Shown: positions 1 through 14,255, counted from the first letter of the stretch. The stretch is DNA of 64,000 nt from Adineta vaga (GCA_021613535.1 CP075496.1:7936001-8000000), one strand, 5' to 3'. Translations and numbers: made by a program. Notes: generated by a model not told the origin, from the letters alone.

Positions 1-7
1 AGCCACG

Positions 8-2494
8 ATGTACAATAAAAATTGGTCTTTAAATCAGAATACGTCGACATCTAATGGTTTGTATCATGTCCTTTCCATTTCTTAATTTGTTATTTATTTG
101 GTTTTTCTTAGTCGATTGGAGTGCTCTGGCAGACAGTTGGATGCAACAGAGGGAACAACAAGTACATTGGCAACAAGCACCACCACCACTACCTCCTCCA
201 CCTCCACCTCCTCAATTCTTACTTAATGCTCCACCAATTCCGCCTCCTGGTCCACCTCCAATTGGTATGTCATTTCCACCGTTACCACCATCGCAATTGG
301 GCATCCTTCCACACCATCATCAGCACCAGCTACAGGTTGGTTCAAATACCACTCAGGAAAGTTTCACGATGACAAATATCGAAAGTAAGTCTTCACTTTA
401 ACTCTTCAGCTATATGAAAAGAAGAGACATGAAGACCAATGATAAGCAATGATAACGAACATCTTTAGTTTCTATATTAATTTTATCATTATAATTGAGA
501 TTAAATTTCGTATTTAGATGTGCACTGGAGACCAACACCGCCGCCTGCATTTGTAATGCCAAATGCACCTCTTCAATGGAGACCCAATACAAATCAGAGC
601 CAACCAATTTTTCCTATACAAACAGTTCGTATAACAAAAAAGGTTTTTCTTTGTAGAAAAAGGGAAAGTTTAATTCTTTAGGAAATGGCACCCTCATTTG
701 GCGGTCGAAACTTTTGGCCTCCAGGCAATTCTGTTCAACAAGCTCCTCCACCTCCGGTACCACCACCACCGCTACCACCTGCACCACTACATTCATCTCC
801 GATGCCACCTCCATTCCCTACATCTTCATTTCAACATCCACCTGTTGATAAAAGAATGATGAATTCAAGTTTTAACACATCCATACCATCATTAATGGAT
901 CTTCCTACTTCTTATGCATCCAGTCCTGTACCTCCACCCGTACCTGTTCCTCCTGTATCTATGTTATCAAGTACGTATCAATGAGAAATGAACTTTCTGA
1001 ATTGCTGCTATTTGAATGTTGATACTTTCGTAGATGAATCCACTTCGAGAACAATGCCCGATATTCCCAATAAAAGTAATAAAAACGACAAGCGACGAAA
1101 AATTCCCGCTTGGCTTCGAGATGCATTGGGACAAATGGAAAAAGAGAAAGAGAGAAAGCTGCAAAATACAAGTAATCTTAATAATAATTCAAATCTTTCT
1201 ATAAATGATACATCGTCGGTAAGTGAACTTTTTTTGTGAAAGAGTTCTTTGGATTTATTTTTATGAAATTTTCTTGAAAAAAAAGAAATTTGATGATGAC
1301 GATGATGATGATCATGACGAAGAAGAGGATGATACCAATGAAAAAATAACTCGATTAGACAAGGAATTATCGGCTGTGTTCAATGACGATGACGATGAAG
1401 AAGATCAAGATGAAGACAATGAGGATGAAGATTCAAGTTCGGCATTGATCTCTTCTACACCGATTGTCACTCGTCGAAGTCGCTTTGTGGGTTATTGTGA
1501 TTGGACATTTGAAAAAATAGAACAATGTGTTTATTATCATCTTATTTTCTTCTAACATTTCAAAGGATGATGACAGAACGACTGATCAACAGCTAAACAT
1601 AAGTGCGATTGCAAAACGAATACATTCACCCTCGCCACCATCTTCATCGACGACAACAGCCACTTTGATCGAAGACGATCCAATCGATCAAGAAGAACAA
1701 CTCGTAAGCAATATATTTTCTTTTGAATTTCTCTCACGAATGTTTATTTTAATTTTACAGATGATCAAATTACGTCGTGCTTTAACAGAATTGTTACTTG
1801 AAGTAACAAATGAAGAATTAGCATTACTTGCTAAAGAAGTTTATTTCGATTGTAAAAGTAAATGAACGATTTATCTCTGTATATGCAGTAAGGAATATGT
1901 TTTTTTTAGCGGAATCTTCGACTCCAGTTATACGAAAAGCGTCTGGATTGACAAGTTTAATTCAAAGTATGGAAAAAAAATCATCGATCTGCTTCTTTTA
2001 TTTAGAAAGAAATTCTATTTCATTATAGGCTTTTCGGGAAGTGATTCAGATGATGAAGAAAAACATGTTCAATCAATAATAAATACAACTGTGATATCGA
2101 AAACACCTAATCTAACACCTGTTAAACAAAATACTGGTAAAGAGAGACCGAGAGTGGAAAAATGATTCGAATCAAGTATGTCTCATTTTGTTTAGTGACA
2201 AATAAATCAACAAAATCTCCGAATAAAATTATCGGTGATGATAAAGATACTAAATTAAATAAAAGTAAAACAAAGAAATCGACTCGTGAACGAAGTCGAT
2301 CAACATCTCATGATTCCAAAGATAAAAAACATCATCATAAAAAACATCGTCGTCATTCTTCTTCTTCATCTTCTTCTTCATTATCACCATCTTCGAATCC
2401 TTCTCAATCCTATTCACATAAAAAGAAAAAATCTTCCAATCATAATCATCATTCTGATCATAGAAAATACGATGAACGACGACGAAGACATTAA
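8..2494 (+). CDS. PNISR: Arginine/serine-rich splicing factor PNISR (SFRS18) homolog, multi-exon
   Basis: Spliced N-terminus MYNKNWSLNQ...VDWSALADSWMQQRE (cf. WPLNQ...IDWAALAQAWIAQRE), KRRKIPAWLRDALGQMEKEKERK, LTELLLEVTNEE, Pro-rich N-half and Arg/Ser/Lys-rich C-terminus; short GT-AG introns. Confidence 0.85.
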
Positions 2495-2628
2495 AAATTT
2501 TCTCTGTGTTTTCTCATCTTTTTTTTTTGTATGATATAATTCAACTTAAAAAAACTAATATTTCGAAAGATTACATCATTCTTTCCTGTTTCTCTCTATA
2601 TCTATTTAAAATCTGTATATTTCTTAAG

Positions 2629-3584
2629 ATGATAACTATATCAATATTATATCGTTGTTTATTAGCAATACTTCTATGTTTTTTGAATTTCACTCAATGG
2701 TTCCATCGATCTATCATTCAATTTATCAGTCGTAATCACTATATTATTAAAGTGAATATTGATGTTACTCGAAATGATCCATCTAATATCAATAATTCTC
2801 AAATGGAGAGCATTCAGTTTAATAAACCAACAGAAGTACTAGCTATCATTGTGAATGAACGTATACCAGATATTGATCTATGGAAATTTATTGTGAATTC
2901 TATCGTCTTTTTTCAAAAATTGAATATTCAACATTTGATTATTTATGATTATGAAGGTAATTACCCTTTTGGTCTAAGCAAAAAGTTATTTCAATTTTCT
3001 TCTAGGTTATATCAAAGCTCGAGAAGCATCTATTATGGCTTATGTTCATACATATGATAAAAAACGTATGTAATAGATTCTTTTCAACTCACTTGTTAAT
3101 CTGTTGATATCTTCAATCATTGTAGTTCAATCATCTCTTCCATTACCAACAATTCATTTCTTATCACTGATAGATTGTAGTCAAACATTAACAAAAGTAG
3201 CTCAAACTCTTTGTCAACAAGTAAAACAAGGTGAAATCGAATCGGATGCAATTAAAATCGAAACAGTTGATCGTTGTTATGCAAGTAAAGAAAATCCATC
3301 TTGAAATCTATTTCAATGACATTTTCATCTAAACAATAGAATTTTCGACTCTTCCGGAAATTAATCTAGCAATCATTATTGGACCTATAAAAAGTTCACT
3401 TGGTTTGCATCCATGGTTAACACGATTAACAGAATTTATGTGAGTCAATCAATTTATTTCTTATTATATTTTTAATATATGAAATTATAGAATGATTGAT
3501 TCCTATAAACAACTTCAAACGACGAATTCATTTTTGAATATCGTTCAACGTTATAATGAAATCGAACAAAGGCAAGGTCGTTAA
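2629..3584 (+). CDS. NUS1: Dehydrodolichyl diphosphate synthase complex subunit NUS1 (Nogo-B receptor), multi-exon
   Basis: Hydrophobic N-terminus; LAIIVNE..., IQHLIIYDYEGYIK, PEINLAIIIGPIKSSLGLHPWLTRLTEF; ends with C-terminal RxG motif IEQRQGR* (TAA 3582-3584). Confidence 0.85.
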
Positions 3585-3824
3585 TGGGTTATTTTTTCTT
3601 CGATAAATTAGAATAAGCGGCAAAAAAGAAACAGAAGACATTTAGATTTTCGAAGTGATTTATTTGAATTTTTCAAATGTTCTTTTTATTATTTATCAGA
3701 TTGACTATTAGTTACTGTTTCGTTATTGGTTTTTCTTTGTGATATTCATATGACTCATTTCGAGCATCTGTTTTTGTTATTTGGGATGAAACAAATAAAA
3801 GCAAAAAAAAAACTTTATTTATAG

Positions 3825-4476
3825 ATGAATATTGATTTAACACAGCCAGAAATCTTAACTATTGAGCAGTTACAAACACATTTGATCAAAGTAAATCGAT
3901 GTTCTGTTTTTTATAACTCAAAGATTATTGATCTTGTTTATATATATATATAGTTTATTGGATCTGATATAACTAATGATAAATACGAATTGATTCAACT
4001 GTTTTATAAATACATTGTACCATTACCACAACGAACATTCCGTACGAATCGTTTGGGAACGATACTGACGAATAATCAACAACAATTTGGAAGTAGAAAA
4101 CAACCGATATCATCAGATTCAAAGTAAAAATCACGTTTCTTTGGAAAAATATACTAGTCAAGAACGAACAATGAATCTTTTCTTTTAGAAATACAGAGAA
4201 AATATGCATAATAAAGAGACCATCAGCAGTAGCAGTCGATAGAGTGATTGATAAAAATTCAGGTGAAAAACATGAATCTGATCGTGGGATTTATACAATA
4301 ACGATGCAAAAGTCAGGGAATAAAAATACAGCTCCAATTAAACTAAAACGATCTCCACCAACTATCACAACTGTAAGTAAAACCTATCTTCTATTCAAAA
4401 TCGTTCTTTATTCTTCATTTAGAATGATGAACACGATGTCGCAAAACGAATTAAATTAGATGATACAAATACATGA
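3825..4476 (+). CDS. C2orf49: Ashwin (C2orf49; tRNA ligase complex subunit) homolog, 4 exons
   Basis: Spliced MNIDLTQPEILTIEQLQTHLIK/FIGSD...ELIQLFYKYIVPLPQRTFRTNRLG matches the Ashwin LHPELLS...LYVQHAIPLPQR..NRWG pattern; later KRP and PIKLKR motifs. The conserved N-terminal exons are missing from the ORF track. Confidence 0.75.
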
Positions 4477-6747
4477 TTATCATCGGTGCTCCTTTGATAT
4501 GTTGTTGTTGTTTTTTCAATATATTTATATGGTTGGATCTCTAACAAATCCATTGGAAAATAATAAAAAAAAACATCTACTAACATAATTTCATCCAAAT
4601 GATATTCTCTCATCCGGGCAATCGATGTGTACTGACGAATTGAAAAGAAATGTTCACATTCATATTGTGAACTTTTACAACTTTCTTCGGTACATTATTC
4701 TTTTGAAGCAAAATAAACTTCAATGTTCGGAGTACTTTATTCTTCACGTTTTTGAGATTCTTCAAAATTTCTATTTTTATTGTCATGAACAATAAAACTC
4801 AAAAAAAAAAGAAATGAACAACAAACATTCAGAATAATGATTTTAAAATCACTCGAATGAAAAATGAGTATCTGTATAGTGTATCATTTATGATCATTTC
4901 ATATTCAGTCATAAAACATTGTTATTATAATGAACAAAAGCATCAATTACGCGTCATACTGTCTGATCAAACGAGACATAATGTTTGTTCAATAGTTAAT
5001 TATAGTTTTCATATATTTCCACTGAAATTCATCTGATCAAAATGACAAATTTCCTCTAGTCAAATACCTTCTCTTCATTATCAATTCAATCAATTTTGTA
5101 CAGAAAAAAAAAGAATAGACCGATAGACAGACATATAGAAAAAAATTACTTTACGTTTCGAAATCGCTTGCACAACATCTATGCCTTAGAACATATAAAT
5201 TACATCTTATTGCTTTCTATTGATATAATACTTCTTCAAATAAATGCCATCGAATTGAATATCGATCAGAATTCAAAGGAAAAGAATATTAAAAGAAAAC
5301 GTTAATGACCATTTTTTCTCCATCTCTCCAAGTCGAACTTGATTATTTCATGTGCGAGAGAAAAAAAAAGAAACTAAAGACAAATTAGCATCGTTTACTA
5401 ATTTGCATTTATTTATATTAAATGATTACGTCAAAATAAAATCTTATAAGAAAAGATGAGATTATTCTTACATGATAAAAGTAAATTTCATATTATGATT
5501 TATAGTTCAATGAGTTTTTTTTCTCTCTTCTCTATCTGATCATTGATATTCATAGGTAGAAGAAAAATACTTCAACTATACAAATACTCACATGAACAAA
5601 TGCTTAATTAAAGTTTATTTCTCAAGGGAAATCAAAGAAATTCTCGTTTTTTATTAAAGTAACCACCTTCAATTCTTTCTATTTCAAGTAATTCTACACA
5701 TCTCTGACATAACTTTCATTTTAGACATACTTCATTGAGGTAAAAAGGACTAAACACATGTATAATCGCATGATCATCATGATACGCCCTTTGTTCGTCC
5801 TCCGCAATCGGTCATTCGTCTTTTTTTGTTTTCACACGCAAGGTCATCATGAACATGTCATATACCTTGCCATATTTCTTCTTTTTTTTTCGTTTATCAT
5901 CAACTCGTTAATCGACATATTTACGAAATATAGGTATTCATTCTATAGAAGAGACAACTGAGAAAGAGAGCAAGAAATAACAGGATTAATGATATACAAA
6001 TAAAAAAAATAATAATGAAAGGATGATGCATACATGCGAAGCCCTTTACAAGAGACATATGAAGAGAAAAAAAAACTGGTAAGAATATCAATCATCTAAA
6101 ATAATGTAAAAGGTAACTTATACAGCAATAGATTTCGTTTTTATAATGGTATGTTGTTAAGTAAAGAACAAATGAAAACTTTTCAAATAATATATAGACC
6201 CGAAAATGAAAAGGAGAGAGAGACAAAGAATAAAATGATATGATGTATGTGTGTGTGTTACGTCAACCAAAGAGAAAGACCGAAAATGTATAGATGTTCG
6301 AATTCTATAATTGTCCTCTGGTTGCGCCGGTTGTTGTAGACAGTGACATGTCGGTGAGCGACTGTATAATATGAGAGAGATAGACGAAGGAAAAAAGATC
6401 CGTTACGAGCCTAGAGACAAATGTCGAACGAGAAAGAAGAAAAAAATGAAAGAAAGAAAGAACAAATAAGTACATATATCGACAGTTGAACTACTTTCAA
6501 GTGTCATTAGTGAGCGAACGTCACCAATACTATACAGAACAATATATTCAATGATGTGATAGTATGTAGAACTTATATATACACATGTATTTGACTAAAC
6601 GTATATATATATATATATATGTATATGTAAAATCTTACAATTGAAAACTGAGTATCTTTATGAAATACTTTCAAAACATGATTATTGATTAATGAATTAC
6701 CTTTTTTTTTACTTTCTAGATCGAATTCTACTTATTCAATTCAGTTG

Positions 6748-7993
6748 ATGGCTTGTATTAATGGTTCATTACCTACATTATCTTCACCTATCTTTGTAAC
6801 TGATCTTCCATCATATGGTCTGATTGGTTTAATCATTATTGGTCTTGTCCTCTATTTTGCATATATTCTTACATTTATACGAAATTCACATACATCATCA
6901 TCATCGAATGTCTACATATATTTTACTCAATTTTCACTTTTTACATTATTACTTTCACCAATAACATTTCTTTTTCGACCATCAGCATCAATTAATGTTG
7001 TATGTCCATCTCAAACGTTATCATTACAAATCTTACCTTTTTGTCTCTTACTCGGTTTAAATGTACATTTTATCTATGAATGGTTATTAAAAATAACAAA
7101 TCCTATACGAAAATCGTTTTTAATTGCAATTAGTTCATTTCTTATCTTTTTTCTTGGTGTTTTAATTCAAACAGCGATACTTCTTGTTTGGTTCTACAAT
7201 AATAACAATAATAATCAACAAAATATTGATCAATGTACAAACGAATGTCCTCGACCGTTATTTCTCTGTTCATTATTATTTAATTTTTTTCTTCTTTTTC
7301 TCTATTCAGTTCAATCAAGTATACGGTATCATCTATCTAATCAACAATTAAATTACATTTATTTATTAACAAGTCTTTTTGCTCTATGTGTTACTATAAC
7401 TTGGATTGGTTTATATCTTTTTCTTCCTTTAAAATCCTTATATACATTCTATATGAATACAAATTCAATACTCGCTTATGGAACTTTATTTTTTGCATAT
7501 GCATTTATTGGACCATTTCTTTATGAACAACTGTTTTATCATAATCAGATGACAACAAGTCGAAAAACAAAAGAACATCAAAATCAAGTAAGTGTCTTGT
7601 TGTTGGTTTGTTTATTCCGAGGAGACTTTAGAGAAAAACTGGAAAATATCAAACGCTTTCATTCATTCATTCATTTTTTTCTGGTAGATTAATAGGATGA
7701 CATTTAAATGTTTGTCCTTGACAAAGGAACAGCAACGTGCATTCATGGCTGCATATATTAAACGTAATCTCACAGCTTCATGTGAGAATCTCACCAGCAA
7801 AAATCTTTCATCACCTCAACAATCTAATCCAACACGGCATTCAACATTAAGTGTAGAAAGTTTATGTCCAACATTGATTAGTACAATTTCATCAGAATCT
7901 CCACCAATGATCATTCATGATACATCCAATTGTGGGACATTAACAAGTGAATATTTTCTTTTACCAACATCATCAAATGAAACAAAATCATGA
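6748..7993 (+). CDS. Class C-like 7TM GPCR without a large extracellular domain (GPRC5/BOSS-like architecture), 2 coding exons
   Basis: Seven hydrophobic segments; class C-like features (P-x-x-x-x-x-V-C before TM3, IQxAILLVW in TM4, C-x3-C then FLCSLLFN in TM5, TM6 W); intron 7588-7687; Ser/Thr-rich tail. Confidence 0.6.
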
Positions 7994-8304
7994 AATTTCA
8001 ATAAATAGATCATTGACCGGTGGAGTTTAGAAAAATAAAATAATCCATGAAACCGTTTAACATACATATATATTTTCAAAAAATATTTGTATATATGCAT
8101 ACGTATAAAATAAAATTGTCTGTTGAATGGTAGTGAAGAACAAAAAACAATTGTTTTTGATTTCCGTTTATACTTTATTAAAATTGCTCTTTTTGGAATA
8201 GATGAACTTTTCAAAAACGACAATCTGATATAGTACTGACATGAAGCAATATATGAAAATTAAATATGAAGTATGAAAAAAGAATAGTAATTATTTTCCA
8301 TGAT

Positions 8305-9699
8305 CTAACGTCCTTGCCTAACTAAAGTAAGTAATTCCACTAGAAATAAAAACGGAAGTTTGTATCAAAAAAATAACTTTGACAACGATGATTTACCTGG
8401 TATAGGAAAAACAATGGTCGAATTTTTCTCAGCAGAGATTTGTGTTAATGTCTGTAAATAACGTAATTGCAATGCGATCGGTGATGTACCGATAACATCA
8501 GCTGCTTCTTTCAATTGTCTTGACGCTTTTTGTTCACCTTCAGCTGCGATAACTTTAGCACGCGCTTCACGACTTGCTTCAGCTTCAGCAGCCATCGAAC
8601 GTTGCATAGATTGAGGAAGTCGAACATCCGTACTAAATATAACATCGATGAATATTTCAATGACAATAGTAAGAAGAAGAAGAAGAAGAAAAAAAGAAAA
8701 AAGAATCAACCTACATTTCAACACGTTCAACTTTGATGCCCCATGGTGAACTTCCTTCATCTAACTGAGCTTCCATCAAATTAGCAATAGCTTCTCGATC
8801 ACTGAGAATATCTTGTAATGTTTTTGTTCCAAGCATATTTCGTAATGTTGTTTGTGCAAGTAATTGAGTAGCGGAATAGACATTATTGACTTTAGTAACG
8901 GATGTTACCTGTGAAAGAATTCGAAAGAAAAAACATGTTTTTACTTTTGCAGTTATGAACTAATAATTCATACTGGATCAACGATACGACTGTAAACAAC
9001 TGCATCGACCGAAACCGTTACTGAATCTCGTGTTAAAACCTAATATAAGATTTTTAAATTGAATATTTTAAAATATAGATAGCAATTACTTCTTGAGGGG
9101 GAACATTGAATGTTGTAGTTCGTAGGTCAACTTTAACCATAGTATCCACACAAGGTAAAATAAAAAATAAACCAGGGCCTTTAGCACCGCCTAAGAAAAA
9201 CTTCTTTTATTTCAATCTATTTTATACTAAACACGAACCTTGTAAAATACGTCCAAGTCGAAAGATAACAGCTCGTTGATATTCTTGAACGACCTAATAG
9301 AAATTTCATATTTAAGTTTTGTTTTCATGAAAGAAATCTCGAAAATACAAACATTGATGCAAAAAAATAATGTAATAGGAAATGTAAGAACAATCAGAAT
9401 GTAAGAAAAAATAATTATAATCCATCCACAGAGATCAAATCCACTTTCATTCGGTTTATCCAATTCATCATTCACTTGAAGAAAAACAAAAAATTTCATT
9501 TTCAATCAGATTAAAAATAAATTTATTATACTTGCGATATTTGTAGCTTGATTATTAGACGGCATTGTCATATTTGTTGGATGAACACGATCTTTAAATA
9601 ATGTAGATTAATTCTTTTTCTTTCTTTTTTTGTATTCTATTACTAACTTCCGTTATGCGATGCGTGAACTTCATCATTGAATGATGTTGTCGTTGCCAT
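8305..9699 (-). CDS. Stomatin / band 7 (SPFH) protein, copy 1
   Basis: [105 protein letters not shown]; ends [11 protein letters not shown]. Confidence 0.92.
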
Positions 9700-11148
9700 A
9701 TTAATGCTATGATGTCGTATGGAAAATGATTTTTTTTTCTTCGTCTTTTATATCAAATCAAACTGTTTGGTTTCTATGAAGTTTATTTCCCTGCTGACGT
9801 AAATGAATATAAAGTAATGATGACGATGATGATTATGTATACATCAAACGTTTCTTGACATTGGATCCGATTTGAAAAGAAAAAGACTTTATTTGTGTTT
9901 TTTCTAACTTATTCTTCTCTATATTGGACGTTAGAGACGAAGACAGCAGCGCAATTCTTCGTTTTTTTTTGCTACAAATCAATGTTCTTAGCTATATAAA
10001 CTTTTACCGATCGATCTATAATCATACAAGTTAGTAAATAGAAGGAGAGAGAGAGATAGAGAGGAAAAGTTGACCTCGTTCTAGTTTTTCTACTAACGTC
10101 AAAAATCAGTGAAAAGAAAACCGGTTCGAACTTTTTTTAAGGGTATAGATGAAAAATGAAACGTGAATTTATTATTAGTTATGTTTGTAAAAGGAACGAC
10201 AAATATTTTTACCTTATTAGTAATGTATTTGTTTGAAGAAAATGAAAGAAAAAAAACGATTTTTATGAGAAAAAAATTTGCGCATAAATCTGTAAGATTC
10301 AGATTGATGTTGCACATTTTCACACTTATTGAAACAATGTGTGAGTTATTAATCACGGGACACTTGTTTTTTTGATAGAATGCAAAAATCTATTTCAAAA
10401 CAAAATTCAATGAACGTATTCATCGAAATTATAATTAGTAATCGTGAATACAAGTATGTGTATCCTAACGACAGTCATAGATTGAAGACAGAGTCAATAA
10501 TTACTTTTTTCGTTGCAAAATAAGAAAAAGAAACTAAATTTTGAAAGTTTCGATTGAAAGACAGTTCCAATTAATACCAGTATCTGTCTATAATGCATGA
10601 TTACATTCTGTCAAGAATAATGCGAGAAATCTTTATTCAGTTGAATTAATTTGTAAAAAGACATCTTCTTAAACATGTCGCCTATTTCTTTCTCAGCACG
10701 CGAATAGTAAGTATGAAATTAATACGCATACTATGCAGCTATGAGCTATATCAGTCATTCTCATGCATATATTCATCGATATATAACGGTTTTAACAGAT
10801 CTCTTTTATGATATTAATCTAGTTTATTTTAATCAAGGCTGACTTCAGTACAACCATGTAACACTTTTGGATGCTTCTCAAAGTTATTGCATTTTCTCCG
10901 GTACAAGTATTATACTTATCATACTGTCAACATCTTCCTTGTTTACAAATCATTCATCAAAATATACTATTAACTCGCATCAATCAAAATGATTTTCAAT
11001 CAGCATAGAGTATATTTGTATTGTATATCAATCATTTTGGTAATATCAAACAAACAAGAAAAAAAGCCATATAGAGTAAATTTATAAAAAAAAAAAAGAC
11101 GACACATTTATATATGTAATATCCCTCTTTTGTAATACCAATAATTTT

Positions 11149-12565
11149 TTAAGAACGTTTCACAAGACTGAGTAATTCGACTAGAAATAGAACAGAAATT
11201 TAAATGAAAAGAATAATTTAAAAAAGAATAGCATACCAGGTATGGGAAAAACAATGGTCGAATTCTTTTCTGCAGAAATATGTGTTAAAGTTTGTAGATA
11301 ACGTAATTGTAAAGCAATTGGTGATTCCGCAATAACATCAGCTGCTTCTTTCAATTGTCTTGATGCCTTTTGTTCACCTTCAGCTGCGATAACTTTAGCA
11401 CGTGCTTCACGACTTGCTTCAGCTTCAGCGGCCATTGAACGTTGCATAGATTGAGGAAGTCGAACATCCTTACTAAAATGAAAAGTAAACTGTTGAAATT
11501 ATCGAAAATTATTTCGTAAGACTTACATTTCAACACGTTCTACTTTAACACCCCATGGGTCAGTTCCTTCATCCAGATGACTTTGCATACTATGGGCAAT
11601 CAATTCACGATCAGTAAGAATTTCTTGAAGTGATTTGGTACCAAGAATGTTTCGTAAAGTTGTTTGAGCAAGCAATTGTGTTGCATACTGTGTATCTTTA
11701 ACATTTGTGACACTAATGACCTGCAAACAAGAAAGAAATCGGCTAGTTTTAATCAGTAATAAATTTCTTTTATAGAATTTACCGGATTGAAAACACGACT
11801 GTAAACGACAGCGTCAACAGAGACCGTTACTGAATCACGTGTTAATACCTATAAATAACAGCGAAATGGATAAACTAAAAACTCATAGATGATAGAGCAG
11901 GTACTTCTTGAGGTGGAACATTGAATGTTGCTGTTCGCAAATCAACTTTAATGATTGTATCAACACATGGTAAGATGAAAAATAAACCAGGACCTTTTGC
12001 ACCACCTGAATAAATGAAATATATACATTAATTCTTTAGAAATATTTTATAATGACATATGCTTTTTTTTACAAATACTGCCTGAGGAAATTAACATCTC
12101 AATAAGAAAAAAATTTTCTCTATATACCCGGTAAAATACGACCAAGACGAAGAATAACAGCTCGTTCATATTCTTGAACAACCTATATGTACATAATATG
12201 GATATTAAACGTTAATGAATATTTATAATCAAACTTTGACGCAAAGACATAATGAGAAAGGAACTGTGATTGCAACCAAGATATATGAAAGAATAACCAA
12301 TACCCATCCACAAACACCGATACCTTCATTGGGTGATTGACGAGGATCATCGGTTCCTTTATAAAACATGGAGTAAAATTTAAACTATTTTAAAATTTGA
12401 TTTTTTACCTGAAATGGGCATAGTCATTTGACGCGCAGGAAGAGTTCGAGCTGAAAATATAGATCAGTTCTAGTTCGTTTTTACACGTGTAAAATATGAT
12501 TAGAAAAACATACTTTCTGCCGCGAATGGATGACTTTCATCTTTATAGGACGATGTAGTTGCCAT
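11149..12565 (-). CDS. Stomatin / band 7 (SPFH) protein, copy 2 (tandem paralog)
   Basis: Same motifs and near-identical intron positions as copy 1; [12 protein letters not shown]; ends [10 protein letters not shown]. Confidence 0.92.
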
Positions 12566-12787
12566 TTTCTCTGTATAATTATTTCGATTTATAGTCTAAA
12601 ATAACAATCTTAGAAAGTTTAACTGAGAAAAAAATTAACTAGTTCATGTCGATTCTTTATTTCTTGTGCAAATAAAAAACAAAAATCCACAGTTACAAAT
12701 GATTGCTATGCATGCGTACACGTCTGAATAAAAGAGAAAAGTAAGAGGAAAAAACAACATACGGGATATAAAAGTGTTACTCATATT

Positions 12788-12795
12788 TGACGTCA
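12788..12795. promoter_or_regulatory. Palindromic CRE-like site TGACGTCA upstream of stomatin copy 2
   Basis: Perfect CRE ~220 bp upstream of the ATG; stomatin copy 1 has TGACGTAA at 9795-9802. Confidence 0.35.
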
Positions 12796-13832
12796 TTGTA
12801 ATGAATAATTTGTATGTATGCAGTGTGTGTTAAAAAGAAAAACGCTTTGTGCGATCGTTTTCTTTTTCAGAAAAGCGAGATTTGGAAAAGTCATATGAAG
12901 AAAATATATGCATAGCAAATAGACAAAATGATAATAATATTATTGTATTTTGACCTCGAGCATGAAGAGTGAAAAGAAGTCAAGCTAAGGGAAACGTGAA
13001 GAAGCAAAGAGAAAGAAAAAAAAATTAGTCCATTCCACACAGAACATGTATACGATAAAGACATTTTCGATTAATTTGAAATACGATATGAATCTATGAC
13101 TCTAAAACTGTAGAGAATAGTCTTATACCTTTATTTGTTGCTCTGTATCATCATTACCATTTTTGTAGGTAACGACAGTACTATCGATGGACATCGATAT
13201 ATTTTTTTCTTTAAATACTAAAATAGACGACATTTTCTTTTATACTTACAAAAAATACATCTTTTGGTTGTAATACAACCTTCTTTTATTATATGTTATC
13301 TGATAAAGATGACGCATTGAAAAGAAGAAACGAAAAAAAAAAGATAATCGAACTGTCGTCATGACACATAAAATGTATAATGTTAAAGTACAGCTTCAAG
13401 TGATTCTATATTATCTTTGAGATAATGTGTCATATTTCAAAAAATAAAGAAAAGATTTTTGAGATAAATTGTTGAATATTACAACAATATTTTTTTATGC
13501 CATCGAGATTGAAACAATAAATCAAAATCAAAGTATTCATGGTTTAATATAATATTCTATAATCATAATCCATCTATCAAAATTCTTATTTATCGATGAG
13601 AATTATCTAATTATTTTTTATACTAAAATAATGTTCGGACATAGAATATCATTGATTCTAATAAATCAACTTTTCTCATTTTAATCTATTACAATGAATA
13701 ACAAAACACTTTGCCTGAGAAGTCATATCTATATCCTGTAATCTTCATTACTGTCATGTCTACACAAATTTTCTTTTGAACATGTCTCATCATCTCATTT
13801 TCTTTCATTTAACTATTCTCTTAACTTCATTG

Positions 13833-14222
13833 ATGTATCAACCGTATTGTTCTTGCTGTTACTCAACATTTGATCCAAATTATGAACATCAATATGAAAT
13901 TTGCGATTCAATGTCAACCGAAGAATCTTATGTTACATCTTCCGAACTTAAAAATAAACCAATTCGTCGATCAAAACATATACCACATCATCTACGACCA
14001 AAACATATCGTTGATAAACGTAATACACGTGAACGTCGACGTGTTCATGATGTTAATCAAGCATTTCTTGTACTCAAATCACTTTTACCATTTGATGCAC
14101 ACGATCATGTCAAAGAGCAACTTCAATCTACTCGAATATCAAAAGTTCGTACACTGCGAAAAGCTGTCGATTATATCAAAGCACTTCAAATGATACTAAA
14201 TGAAACAAATTCAAATCTATAG
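13833..14222 (+). CDS. Achaete-scute-like bHLH transcription factor, intronless
   Basis: KRNTRERRRVHDVNQAFLVLKSLLP...RISKVRTLRKAVDYIKALQ. Start uncertain (alternative ATG 13782). Confidence 0.85.
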   Translation: MYQPYCSCCYSTFDPNYEHQYEICDSMSTEESYVTSSELKNKPIRRSKHIPHHLRPKHIVDKRNTRERRRVHDVNQAFLVLKSLLPFDAHDHVKEQLQSTRISKVRTLRKAVDYIKALQMILNETNSNL

Positions 14223-14255
14223 ATAGGAATATATTGCATATCGTTTGCTTTTCTT

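Noticed and set aside
121-372. His/Leu-rich alternative-frame ORFs overlapping PNISR, CEP350 and NIPBL (e.g. 121-372, 35926-36279, 41294-41512)
   Set aside because: Shadow frames of low-complexity Pro/Ser/Thr codons in real exons; no independent gene signals.
4600-6600. Small ORFs of 60-69 aa in the long intergenic region
   Set aside because: AT-rich compositional ORFs without splice or homology support.
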